Source: Candidatus Micrarchaeia archaeon
GTDB lineage: Archaea; Micrarchaeota; Micrarchaeia; Anstonellales; Anstonellaceae
Direction of reading: 5' to 3'
Assembly: GCA_041665945.1 (NCBI GenBank)
Contig: JBAYHU010000001.1
Span: 31,863-95,862 of the forward strand
DNA: 64,000 bases
Shown here in pieces: positions 40,775 to 49,569 of this stretch (the first letter of the stretch is position 1; each line of letters starts with the position of its first letter). Both the position numbers and the translations under genes were made by a program. Under the pieces are notes generated by a model that worked only from the letters and a program-made list of their open reading frames with translations, ran no database searches and was not told the DNA's origin.

Positions 40775-41164
40775 CTAGGCGCGCTGCATTTTCTTCCAGA
40801 GGCTTTTCATCTGCCTGTCAAAAGTGAGTATTTCCTGCCTTGCATTCCTGCCGTGCAAAAGCACGGTTGCATCCGTGTAGGAGATGGGGGCGCCAAGCTC
40901 CTTTAGCAGGAGAACGACCTGCCCGGAAGGAAGCGGATCTGTTTCGTAATAAAGCGAATCCCCAAGAATTCCTTCAACAGCGGCAAGCGAGTCGTCAAGG
41001 CTGCTCTTATAGATCAGCACTGAGCAAAGTTCCATTACGACCTCGTGAGGCACGATAAGCGTTTCTTTTGCCCTCCTCATCTGCTCAAGAGCACGCACCG
41101 CTTCTTCGTGGTTTGGGTCGAACGCGGCATAGAAGGCAAAAAGAACAGACGTGTCGATTACCAT
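40775..41164 (-). CDS. vapC: PIN-domain toxin VapC.
   Basis: MVIDTSVL... acidic PIN residues. Overlaps the upstream antitoxin. Confidence 0.65.
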   Translation of the reverse strand: MVIDTSVLFAFYAAFDPNHEEAVRALEQMRRAKETLIVPHEVVMELCSVLIYKSSLDDSLAAVEGILGDSLYYETDPLPSGQVVLLLKELGAPISYTDATVLLHGRNARQEILTFDRQMKSLWKKMQRA

Positions 41165-41388
41165 CAGCGCACCTTCCCGTAAAGTATCTCGTCAATGTGC
41201 TCGCTGACGTTCTCTTTCTTCCTTCCAGCGTATTTTTTTTCAAGCTGCCGCATAACCGCGAAGGTGAGCTCCCCGGGCTTGGCGCGGCTTTTGAGCATTT
41301 CCTTTATCACGTCGTTGTAGCTGCGGCTGCCTTTGAGCTGCTGGAGAAGCGATGCTGTTTCCTCATCCACCCGTATTGTTTCAACCAT
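41164..41388 (-). CDS. vapB: VapB-type antitoxin.
   Basis: Small ORF (MVETIRVDEETASLL) overlapping the vapC start by 1 nt. Confidence 0.5.
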   Translation of the reverse strand: MVETIRVDEETASLLQQLKGSRSYNDVIKEMLKSRAKPGELTFAVMRQLEKKYAGRKKENVSEHIDEILYGKVR

Positions 41389-41460
41389 GTATACATGCAT
41401 GTATACAAGATTTATTAAAGCTTGCCCAGGCAGGTTGCCAGTGGGTTGCCCACCGAGGCA

Positions 41461-42153
41461 TCAGTTGCGTATGTGGTCCTCGACGTAGTCTTCCACTTCG
41501 CCCATGCCAACAGCGCAGCCCGCGTATTTGAGGCGGTAAAGCGACGCCTCGATTGCGTCCTGCTCCAACTCGCCGTATTCGCGGAAATACCCCTTTTCAT
41601 ACGCGAGCAGGAGGAGTTCGCTTGAGCGGAAAAAGCGCATGCCTTTTGTGAGGCGCGAGAATGCCGAGAGGTTTTTCTCATCAACTGTTATGGGGCGGGA
41701 AAGCTCGTCTTCGAGGTGCTTGCGCAGCGACTCCGGGTCCTCGCAAAGCATGCGGGTGGTGCGCTCGTCTATAAGCACGTTTGACACTCCGGTTTCGACC
41801 GCAAGCGCGAGCATGTCCGCTTCGCCGTCGTGGAGAAGGCGCAGCGGGGTTCCCGAGGCGTAGAAGATGTTGTTCGCAATCCACTTTATCTCGTTTGATT
41901 CGCGGGAGGAAGAGAGAGGGGAGAGGGTTATCGCGCCGTCGAGTATGGCGCGCTTGAGCCGGATTGCGTGAAGCGCGTGCATCTTCATCTGCATGGGGCG
42001 CTCCACGCACTCGTATTCCACGGAATCCGGGATGAGGAAACTGCCCTTGAACTTGCGCTTGAGGAAATAGAAGACGTGCACGAAGCAGGAATCTGTTATG
42101 GAGATGAGCGAGGACGAATCGCAGACCAGCGATTGCCCTGATAGCTTGGGCAT
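41461..42153 (-). CDS. PIN-like domain protein with a C-terminal extension.
   Basis: LVCDSSSLISI ... HDGEADMLALA acidic residues in PIN-like spacing. Confidence 0.35.
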   Translation of the reverse strand: MPKLSGQSLVCDSSSLISITDSCFVHVFYFLKRKFKGSFLIPDSVEYECVERPMQMKMHALHAIRLKRAILDGAITLSPLSSSRESNEIKWIANNIFYASGTPLRLLHDGEADMLALAVETGVSNVLIDERTTRMLCEDPESLRKHLEDELSRPITVDEKNLSAFSRLTKGMRFFRSSELLLLAYEKGYFREYGELEQDAIEASLYRLKYAGCAVGMGEVEDYVEDHIRN

Positions 42154-42184
42154 GCGGGATATTCGGAGCGCATGTTAAAATAGC

Positions 42185-43144
42185 TTAGTCGGATTCCAGA
42201 AGCGACCTGAACTCCCTGCTGTATTTCACGAAGCTGTCTAGGAAATTGCCCAGCCCAGAAAGCTCGGAAAAAAGCGTCTTGCCATTGCACCCGTCCTGCG
42301 CGAATTTGACCATCTTGCGGCATAAATCAGGAAAAGGGATGGCGAGTAGGAACTGCGAATCGTTGGACTGGTGCCGCTCGGCGTTGCCCCGAAGCGCGAT
42401 TGCGATGCACATTGCAAAAGAGCGCTGCGCGGCTTTTTTCTGCGTGCCGTTCGGGAGAGAGGAGATGTGTTCTGCCACAACTCCGAAATCCATGCTCTCC
42501 ACTTCGAAGAAAACAGGCTCGTTGTTCCGGACATGGAAGTTCCATTCCGGGGCGATTATTCCGATGCCCGCTTCCCTGACTGCGAAGACTCGCGAGCCGA
42601 AATTGCAGGCGCGCTCTGCGCGGGAAACCATTTCTTTTTCCTGCTGTTCACGGAGTTCCTTCAAAAGAACCGGGTTGGATTGGTAGGGTGCGATGTTTTT
42701 CCGAAATTCCGCCCTTTGCGATTCGATGTAGCCCACCATGCCGCAGGCGTCGGGGATGAATTCGAAGAACAAGGACGCGGTGCCGTGCTGGGACATCGGC
42801 TTGCCGTCAAGCTCGAAGCGGACTGCCACGGGCTTCGGGAAATTTTCGGGAAAGAGGATGTGCGCGAGGTTGGAGGTGTGGAAGCGGAGCATGTGCGCGC
42901 CTGGCTCGTAATTCGCAAACGAAATCTGCACCTCTCGGGAAGCGTGGAGATTCTGGTGGCACGGGTAGAACAGGACAGGCGTCCGCCTCTCCTCAATCAG
43001 GCAGCGGCGCTCGGCTTTCCTGTTGAAAAGAAAGTGCCTTGAGAAAATCTTGCGCACCGACGCCTCGTCCCCTTTTGAGATGTGCTTTCCCAGTATGACA
43101 ACCGGAAGCTTCGGGGAGTTGAATGAAACTGGGGCGGCAACCAT
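42185..43144 (-). CDS. Atypical protein-kinase-like fold protein.
   Basis: Gly-rich loop ILGKHISKGDEASVRKI, a catalytic-loop-like HTSNLAHILFPENFP and a DFG motif (SMDFGV). Confidence 0.35.
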   Translation of the reverse strand: MVAAPVSFNSPKLPVVILGKHISKGDEASVRKIFSRHFLFNRKAERRCLIEERRTPVLFYPCHQNLHASREVQISFANYEPGAHMLRFHTSNLAHILFPENFPKPVAVRFELDGKPMSQHGTASLFFEFIPDACGMVGYIESQRAEFRKNIAPYQSNPVLLKELREQQEKEMVSRAERACNFGSRVFAVREAGIGIIAPEWNFHVRNNEPVFFEVESMDFGVVAEHISSLPNGTQKKAAQRSFAMCIAIALRGNAERHQSNDSQFLLAIPFPDLCRKMVKFAQDGCNGKTLFSELSGLGNFLDSFVKYSREFRSLLESD

Positions 43145-43219
43145 AATGGCACCTAAGTGTTAAGTAGAATAAATGTGTGGGGAAACAAATAAAAAGAGAC
43201 AACAGAGCCGGACTCGGCG

Positions 43220-43243
43220 TCAGGAGAAGATTTCGCGCAAGTC
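43220..43243. repeat. Direct repeat, copy 1 (tcaggagaagatttcgcgcaagtc).
   Basis: 21 of 23 positions identical to copy 2 at 44876-44899. On the minus strand it would encode ...DLREIFS*, identical to the C-terminus of gene 44876-45427. Confidence 0.6.
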
Positions 43244-43293
43244 GGAGAACCGATATAAATTTTCATGTAGAAGATGGCTCGGGAAGAGGGAAA

Positions 43294-44823
43294 ATGCGCG
43301 CTCTTCCCGGAGATGGGCAAATGTTCCTGTTTCAGATTGGTTTTAAGACCGGCAAAACGACTGAAATGGTGGAGAACACCTTGGTCAAGGGAAAGACCGC
43401 GACTTCATACATCGGCGACAAGTTCAACTTCACGCTCAAACCCAACAGCGACGTCGTCGTCTCCGCAAGGGGGGAGACTTACTATAGCAATTCGCAGAAC
43501 GACAAGAACGTGGTTTCAAGGACGCAGATGTTCGGCATCGGCATTGAAGCGGACAGCAAAAAATTTGAGATTGCTGGGAACACGTGGAAGGTCATCGGCA
43601 CGAGCGACTTCCCGAAAAGCATGACGATAAAATCAGAAGGCGGGCAAACCGTAGTTCTGGAAGACGGCAAGAGGATAAACCTCGAGGCGGCAAACGGAAA
43701 GAACAAGGACTGGAAAGTGGCGTTCGCCAAAACCGACAACATATACGACGTTTACCAGAACAAGTCAAACGGGACAGAGGAGCGGGTGTGGGTATACCGC
43801 GATGGCAACAACGAGAAATGCCTGCCCGGCGACGGGCTGAACCTCCCCGCCTATTTCGGGGGGAAGTTCACATACGACGGGCTTGTAAACAACGAGAAAT
43901 ATCCGCTAACAGTAAAGGTGCTGAAGTCAGACACGTATGAACTGGAGTCCACCGCATCCCACCGATCTGTCACAGGACCCGCAATAGAATTCACCGCAGA
44001 GACGCCGGGCTACATTGATGGCTACAGTGGCATCGAAGGCAGCACTACCACTCATCGGGTACAAAAAGCATTGCTGGTTTTTGCTGAGGATGGCACAATC
44101 CCAGCCATATTCCTAAAAGATAATGCCGACAAATACAGCGAGGGTGGTTTTAATCCGGGAATGCTGTCTGGTTCGCTGGATTACATTAGCATTGGCTGGG
44201 GTAAATCCGAGGTCAGAATCCGTGAATTGGCAAGGCCCAGCACAAAAAACCAGGCAGGAAGCGAAGTGGCGTTAGATATCCCGATAAGTGAAATGCGCAA
44301 CAGTAACGGAACACGGGAACTGATACTCGCCGGGCCCAAATACACTGGTATTGGGCAGACACAGCCCTTTAATCTCGAAACAGGATTCATAACGGAGCGG
44401 GGAAGCGAAATTTCCTCCTGGGGCGAAAAATCCTGCAACATTTTCATAAACTGCGGCAGTGTAGGCGAAAAGTTCGGCATTGCCAAGACAAAGTGGACGC
44501 TGGAGGATGGCCCAACCACCACCGGCATCAAGGATATCGGAACGCCAGTGCCGACGGACTTCCAGCTGAAGCAGAACTACCCCAACCCGTTCAACCCGGC
44601 AACCACGATACCCTTCACGATGAAGAAGGACGGGAACGTGAAAATCAAGGTGTACAACACGCTCGGGCAGGAAATAGCCACGCTTGCCAACGAGCCGCAT
44701 GTTGCAGGGCAGCATTATGTCAGGTTTGACGGCAGCAACTTTGCCTCGGGCGTGTACCTTACCACGCTGGAAATTGACGGACAGCTGGTCGGCAAGGGAA
44801 TAAAGATGAACCTCGTGAAGTAG
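43294..44823 (+). CDS. Protein with a C-terminal bacterial T9SS type-A sorting domain (Por_Secre_tail-like).
   Basis: C-terminus QNYPNPFNPATTIPF...VKIKVYNTLGQEIATL...GVYLTTLEIDGQLVGKGIKMNLVK. No N-terminal signal peptide was evident. ATG at 43294 follows a TATA-like gatataaatttt. Confidence 0.6.
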   Translation: MRALPGDGQMFLFQIGFKTGKTTEMVENTLVKGKTATSYIGDKFNFTLKPNSDVVVSARGETYYSNSQNDKNVVSRTQMFGIGIEADSKKFEIAGNTWKVIGTSDFPKSMTIKSEGGQTVVLEDGKRINLEAANGKNKDWKVAFAKTDNIYDVYQNKSNGTEERVWVYRDGNNEKCLPGDGLNLPAYFGGKFTYDGLVNNEKYPLTVKVLKSDTYELESTASHRSVTGPAIEFTAETPGYIDGYSGIEGSTTTHRVQKALLVFAEDGTIPAIFLKDNADKYSEGGFNPGMLSGSLDYISIGWGKSEVRIRELARPSTKNQAGSEVALDIPISEMRNSNGTRELILAGPKYTGIGQTQPFNLETGFITERGSEISSWGEKSCNIFINCGSVGEKFGIAKTKWTLEDGPTTTGIKDIGTPVPTDFQLKQNYPNPFNPATTIPFTMKKDGNVKIKVYNTLGQEIATLANEPHVAGQHYVRFDGSNFASGVYLTTLEIDGQLVGKGIKMNLVK

Positions 44824-44875
44824 GCGGCTTTTGGATTTCGGGCGTCCTAAAGCCCGACCTTTTCTTTTTTCTTTT

Positions 44876-44899
44876 TCATGAGAAGATTTCGCGCAAATC
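44876..44899. repeat. Direct repeat, copy 2 (tcatgagaagatttcgcgcaaatc). Overlaps the stop codon of gene 44876-45427.
   Basis: See copy 1. Confidence 0.6.
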
Positions 44900-45427
44900 C
44901 TTCATCCTCTCCTCGATGCCCTTCTTTTCCTTCAGGCGGTCGAACATCATCGTCTGCCCCGCGTAGAGGAGAAGCTCGCGCTTGTCTATTCCGGCAATCT
45001 CCGCGGCGTTGCCAAGCGAGATTCCCTGCGCGTAAAGCGTTGCCGCGATTTTTATCCTGCCCTTCTGGAGAATGCCTTTCACGAACCTGCGGTCCTTCTC
45101 GTCCATCTTCTCGATTTCGGCGATGACCTTGTTCTGGCATTTTTCGAGGCTCGAGTAATTCGCCGACTTGGCGTGCGTCTCGCAAAGCTTGAGGTCCGCG
45201 AGTATTTTCGCGACTGATGCCTTGGATTTTTCCTGCGTGAAGTAGCGCGGCTTGGAGATTATCTTCGAGAGTATGTAGGTGATGAGCGCGAAGAGGTAGG
45301 TGTTTGTCCCGAACTTTATCGCGGTCTCCTCGATGCAGCGGTCGTTTATCCTGCGCATGGCGCGCACGTCGTGGTTGCGGAGAGCGTCGGCTATGAGATA
45401 CGAGGTTTCTGCGAGGGACAATGGCAT
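44876..45427 (-). CDS. Hypothetical protein with a C-terminal HTH-like segment.
   Basis: ORF. ISLGNAAEIAGIDKRELL is HTH-like. Confidence 0.35.
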   Translation of the reverse strand: MPLSLAETSYLIADALRNHDVRAMRRINDRCIEETAIKFGTNTYLFALITYILSKIISKPRYFTQEKSKASVAKILADLKLCETHAKSANYSSLEKCQNKVIAEIEKMDEKDRRFVKGILQKGRIKIAATLYAQGISLGNAAEIAGIDKRELLLYAGQTMMFDRLKEKKGIEERMKDLREIFS

Positions 45428-45531
45428 GATTGCACCGCGATTTGGCAGGAATTTCTGGAAGAGAAAGTGAATTAACGTGTTTGATTTTTGTAAAGTTGCA
45501 ACGTCGGACGAACCTACGCCTTTTTATATAT

Positions 45532-45552
45532 TATCATGACAACGTCATGATA
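45532..45552. promoter_or_regulatory. Perfect 9-bp inverted repeat (tatcatgac-aac-gtcatgata) between a TATA-like box and the GTG start of the wHTH gene.
   Basis: Palindrome 17 bp upstream of 45569; preceded by tttttatatatt. Confidence 0.5.
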
Positions 45553-45568
45553 ACAGATTGACAGGTTC

Positions 45569-46099
45569 GTGACACCAACACAGCAAACGATTGAGAAAAT
45601 GAAACGCAACGAACCATATAAACCTATCGAGCAGGGATCCGGGAAGGACGCGATTGACGAAGTGAGGCACGAAATCCTCTCCCCGCTTGAGAATGACATT
45701 GCGAAGCTGCGGGACCCGGTGGTCCTGGCGGCTCTCATGCACACTGCGGCGACCGAGCGGGAAAACACCAATCGGCTGCTCAAGACGCTGATAGAGCGGC
45801 TTGACACGAGGTTCGCAGAAGTGGAATCCAGGCTTGCGGCCATGGAGCGCGCAGGCGCGCCCGCCGCTGCTGTGCATGAGGCGGGATTGGAAGGGGAAAT
45901 CCTTCTCCCATCCGTTGACGAGGAGATGCTGAAGTTCGTGAAGGAAAGGAGGCATGTGAACGCGGAAGAGGTCCGCATGAAGTTCGGATACAAGGGGAAA
46001 AACGCGGCAAGTTCGCGCCTGAACCATCTCTACGAGATGGGGCTTCTGGGAAAGAAGCAGGTCGGGCGGGTCGTGATGTTTTTCGCCAAACAACCATGA
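45569..46099 (+). CDS. Hypothetical protein with a C-terminal winged-helix DNA-binding domain.
   Basis: SSRLNHLYEMGLLGKKQVGR is wHTH-like. GTG start. Confidence 0.4.
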   Translation: MTPTQQTIEKMKRNEPYKPIEQGSGKDAIDEVRHEILSPLENDIAKLRDPVVLAALMHTAATERENTNRLLKTLIERLDTRFAEVESRLAAMERAGAPAAAVHEAGLEGEILLPSVDEEMLKFVKERRHVNAEEVRMKFGYKGKNAASSRLNHLYEMGLLGKKQVGRVVMFFAKQP

Positions 46100-46351
46100 A
46101 TCATGAAGGAATCACAACTCACTCTTGCATAGCTGCTGATGAAACGAGGCGGCATTGACGCAAGGCGACCAACAAACAGAGTATGACACTTTTGGGGAAC
46201 ACGAGGGGGCGTTAATTATTCACCTCCCACACCCTTCTTTTAGTGCGCCTCCCGTTCCCCAAAGATTGTCACCCGTCTTTTCTCCCGAAATGCTCCCTGA
46301 GCGCGCGCGTTTCTGCGCGGGATATAAATCCTTTCGGAGAGTATGTGTGCC

Positions 46352-46978
46352 ATGGGCAACTGCGTGAAGTGCGGGGCACAGCTTGCGGAATATTCGGGCG
46401 AGCTGTGCGCCAATTGCCAGTCGTCGCACGCGGGAAGCGGGGCGGCAGGGGATGTCCCGTGCCAGCGCTGCGGAATATACCTCCCTTCATACGAGCTTCA
46501 GATGATGAACTCGCGGCTCTATTGCGCTTATTGCAGGATGGACATCCAGGATGAGGAAGACAGGCACAAAAAATACGCCGAGAAGCGCGAGCCTGCGAGG
46601 GCGCCGGAAGTTCCGCGCGGCACTGGCGGCGCGGGAATGGGCGGAGCTGGCGCGGGCGCCGATGGCGCTTCGCCTGAATTCGGCAAAGGCACTGGCGGCA
46701 TTTGCGAGCGGTGCGGGAAGGAGTCAGGGCACTTGTATTCCATTTCAGGAAGGCGCCTGTGTGAGCAATGCTTTACCGAGGAGAGCGGGAAGGCGCCGCC
46801 CGAAGTGGGGCCGACCATGTTCGCGCAGATTGTAGGCAGGGCAAAGCAGGCGCTCGGGATGGGAAAGCCGCGCGTGCTTGTAGCCCAAAGCGTGAAAGGC
46901 AGGGGGCTGGTCTTCGACGTGGAAACAAGAAGGATGGTCGAGAGGAAAATCAAGCCTGCCGAGAAAAAGAAATCCTGA
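46352..46978 (+). CDS. Triple zinc-ribbon protein (three CxxC...CxxC modules).
   Basis: CVKCG...CANC, CQRCG...CAYC and CERCG...CEQC separated by a Gly-rich linker. Confidence 0.45.
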   Translation: MGNCVKCGAQLAEYSGELCANCQSSHAGSGAAGDVPCQRCGIYLPSYELQMMNSRLYCAYCRMDIQDEEDRHKKYAEKREPARAPEVPRGTGGAGMGGAGAGADGASPEFGKGTGGICERCGKESGHLYSISGRRLCEQCFTEESGKAPPEVGPTMFAQIVGRAKQALGMGKPRVLVAQSVKGRGLVFDVETRRMVERKIKPAEKKKS

Positions 46979-46984
46979 TTTTAT

Positions 46985-47296
46985 TTACACTCGCTTGACG
47001 CTTCCGCTCGTGGAAAGCGGCTCGAGGCGCGCGGGAAGATTGCGCCATTTTGACAGGCAGGCCATGCAGAAAATGGTTTCCTCCACGCGGCTTCTTTCGC
47101 AGCGGAGAATGCCCCTGCCTGTTTTCCCATCGTATTTGACGAGCTTGAATGCGAGAGAGGAGATTCCGAACTCGCCGAACATGGAGAGGAAGTGCCCGTG
47201 TATTATGGAGCGCGCCTCGGACGGATTGGGGGCGGCGCTGTTCGCGCTAAGCGCGAAGGAAACATACCTTTTCTTGAATCTTTCAGTGGGCTTCAT
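46985..47296 (-). CDS. rnp2: RNase P protein subunit Pop5 (Rnp2).
   Basis: FKKRYVSFAL N-terminal motif and a length of about 100 aa. Confidence 0.55.
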   Translation of the reverse strand: MKPTERFKKRYVSFALSANSAAPNPSEARSIIHGHFLSMFGEFGISSLAFKLVKYDGKTGRGILRCERSRVEETIFCMACLSKWRNLPARLEPLSTSGSVKRV

Positions 47297-47778
47297 TTGC
47301 TCCCCTTTGCTTTTGCGTTATTCTTCACGCCTGCGAGGCGGGCAAGCGTCCTGTCGCAAAACTCCTGCTCGTGCCGGTTCATTCCAAGGATGGACTTGAA
47401 CGACTCGAGCTCGTGCGCGTTTCTCGCCTCTGACGCGTCTTTTGCAAGAGTGCAGACCACGAAGCCGCAGCCGCTTTTCCTGCACTGCGCGAGTGCCATG
47501 CGCATTTTCGAAATCACGATTGCGCGGCGGAATCCGGACTCGCGGAGGATGTCCGAGAATGAAAAGACAAGCGCGCCGCCGGACTTGAAAAGCTCCTTGC
47601 ACGCCCCGTCGTCAAGCTCGTAGCTCTCCGAGTAAAGGAGGACGTTTTTCATCCGGGCAACCGAGGTGGATTCCGAAGCGGCGCGGATTTGCCTGAAATT
47701 GGGAAGCGAGGAAACAGGCAAGGCATTATTTACGCCCCTGCTTTTGCCGCTGTTTTCCCCTGCAACCAAGTCAAGCAT
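47293..47778 (-). CDS. rnp3: RNase P protein subunit Rpp30 (Rnp3), apparently short.
   Basis: C-terminal GCGFVVCTLAKDASEARNAHEL...ILGMN resembles Rpp30. Overlaps pop5 by 4 nt. Confidence 0.4.
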   Translation of the reverse strand: MLDLVAGENSGKSRGVNNALPVSSLPNFRQIRAASESTSVARMKNVLLYSESYELDDGACKELFKSGGALVFSFSDILRESGFRRAIVISKMRMALAQCRKSGCGFVVCTLAKDASEARNAHELESFKSILGMNRHEQEFCDRTLARLAGVKNNAKAKGSK

Positions 47779-47799
47779 TTCCAGACCTTGCTGTCCCGA

Positions 47800-48294
47800 T
47801 TAAACCTTGTGGAAGGTTATGGACTGCCTGCTCTTCTTGCCGGCAGACGTCAGTCCGCGGAATGCCCTTCCCTTCGCCTGCCCCGGGGCAAGCTTGCGGT
47901 CGACGAGGATGACTTCGAAGAATTTCTTCGTGCCGTCCTGCCCGACCCAGTAGGAATTGAGGACTTCGAGGTTCCTAAAAACGCGGGCTGCCTTCTCCTC
48001 GGCGGTGCGCTGGAGCGCCTTGCCGGGCGAGAGGTATGCCATGTTCTTCGCGGGCTTGCGGCCTCCCCACGGGTGGGGGCGTTTGCGCGAGCCTCTTCCG
48101 ATGATGACGCGCGCCATGAAGTAGCCGTCTTTTGCCTTGAAGCCGAGCGAGCGTGCGCGTGCGAGGTTGGTCGGGCGGTCAATCCTTGCGACCGTGCCGA
48201 GCTTCCGCCATGCGGTTATGCGATTGCGATGAATCGCGCTTCTTTCCTTGTATTCTTCCTGGAAAGATTTCTGTATGTACTTGTACATTCCCAC
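47800..48294 (-). CDS. rpl15e: Ribosomal protein L15e.
   Basis: [19 protein letters not shown]... canonical L15e. Confidence 0.85.
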   Translation of the reverse strand: MGMYKYIQKSFQEEYKERSAIHRNRITAWRKLGTVARIDRPTNLARARSLGFKAKDGYFMARVIIGRGSRKRPHPWGGRKPAKNMAYLSPGKALQRTAEEKAARVFRNLEVLNSYWVGQDGTKKFFEVILVDRKLAPGQAKGRAFRGLTSAGKKSRQSITFHKV

Positions 48295-48403
48295 ATTATC
48301 ACCGTTGTATTTTTTCTGTGCTTTATGCCTCGTTCAGGTAACGAACCCCACATTCGAAGCAGACGATTGTTGCTCAAAAGGATTAAAAACACACCTCTGA
48401 CGC

Positions 48404-49399
48404 TCAGTAGGTCCTTGACGCCGAGGGATTGCGGTCGATTTCGCCCACAAGCTCCTCGAGCAGGTCCTCAAGCGTCACCACGCCCGCGAAATCGCCCTTC
48501 TCGTTGACCACGATTGCGATGTTCCTGCCCAGCCGCTGCAGGCGGGAAAACGCGTCGGACGCCTTGGTGTTCTCCCGTATCTTCACGGGCTGCCAGACTA
48601 TCTTGAAAAGGTGCCAGTCCGGGTGCTGGTAAAGCGCGCGCCCGAGTATCTTGACGCTCACCGTGCCGATGACCTTGCCGTCCATCATGACCGGGAAGCG
48701 CGAATACATGGAATTCTCAATCGCCTTCCTGTGGGCGACGGATACCAGCATGTTGCCGTCGAGCGCGACCACGCGGCTTTTGGGCGTCATCGCCTTGCTC
48801 ACCGGGCGGTCGTTGAATTCGAGCACGTTCTCGATGAGCTTGCGCTCGTTCTCGCTGATGCTGTTGTGCTTGACGCCGAGCTTGACCGCGGAGCGGACTT
48901 CCTCCTCGGAGAACTGCTCCACGCCCGTTGCGCGCGAATACACGCCGGGTATGAGCTTGTTGAGGAAATCGAACACGAGCACGAGAGGGTAGGTGCAGAA
49001 ATAGAACACCTCGATTGCCGGAGCGAAGAAGAGCATGAAAAGCTCGCCGTTGGACGTTGCGAAGCTCTTCGGGGCGATGTCGCCGAAGGTGAGGATGAGG
49101 AACGACATCACGCCCACGGCTATCCCAAGCCCGCTCTCGCCCCAAATTGAAAGCGCGACCGAGGTTGCGAGTGCCGATGCCGCGATGTTGACTATGTTGT
49201 TGCCTATGAGAAGCGAGATGATTACCTTGTGGCGGCTGTTGCGCAGGCGGTAGAGGCTTGCCGAGCCGGGCGTTTTCTTCTCAAGAAGCGAGTGCATGCG
49301 CACGGATGAGATTGAGAGGAAGGAAACCTCGGCTGCCGCGAAGAACGCGGAAAACGCGAGAAGCACCATGAGGACGAGCCCGTCAACTACTACTTCCAT
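48404..49399 (-). CDS. CNNM/CorC-family transporter (DUF21 plus a CBS pair).
   Basis: N-terminal DUF21 TM domain followed by a CBS pair. Confidence 0.7.
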   Translation of the reverse strand: MEVVVDGLVLMVLLAFSAFFAAAEVSFLSISSVRMHSLLEKKTPGSASLYRLRNSRHKVIISLLIGNNIVNIAASALATSVALSIWGESGLGIAVGVMSFLILTFGDIAPKSFATSNGELFMLFFAPAIEVFYFCTYPLVLVFDFLNKLIPGVYSRATGVEQFSEEEVRSAVKLGVKHNSISENERKLIENVLEFNDRPVSKAMTPKSRVVALDGNMLVSVAHRKAIENSMYSRFPVMMDGKVIGTVSVKILGRALYQHPDWHLFKIVWQPVKIRENTKASDAFSRLQRLGRNIAIVVNEKGDFAGVVTLEDLLEELVGEIDRNPSASRTY

Positions 49400-49546
49400 G
49401 ATATCACTATGCGAAATGGCTGTTTAAATCCTTTGGCTTGCGGCAGGCGGGCTTGCGCCATCGGCGTTTCCACCGGCATTGCACTTTGCCCCGATTTTTA
49501 AACGCCGAAGAGGCAGGTTTTCCGGCGGGAAGATAACCTTATATAT

Positions 49547-49569
49547 GACATATGATGAATACATATGTC
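49547..49569. promoter_or_regulatory. 8-bp inverted repeat (gacatatg-N7-catatgtc) overlapping the start codon of the small ORF.
   Basis: Palindrome includes the ATG at 49565. AT-rich upstream region. Confidence 0.4.

Noticed and set aside
43177-43293. N-terminal extension of the T9SS-CTD ORF back to an ATG at 43177, as in the ORF track.
   Set aside because: The extension runs through the direct repeat and a TATA-like box and has no signal-peptide character. The ATG at 43294 downstream of the TATA box is the more plausible start.
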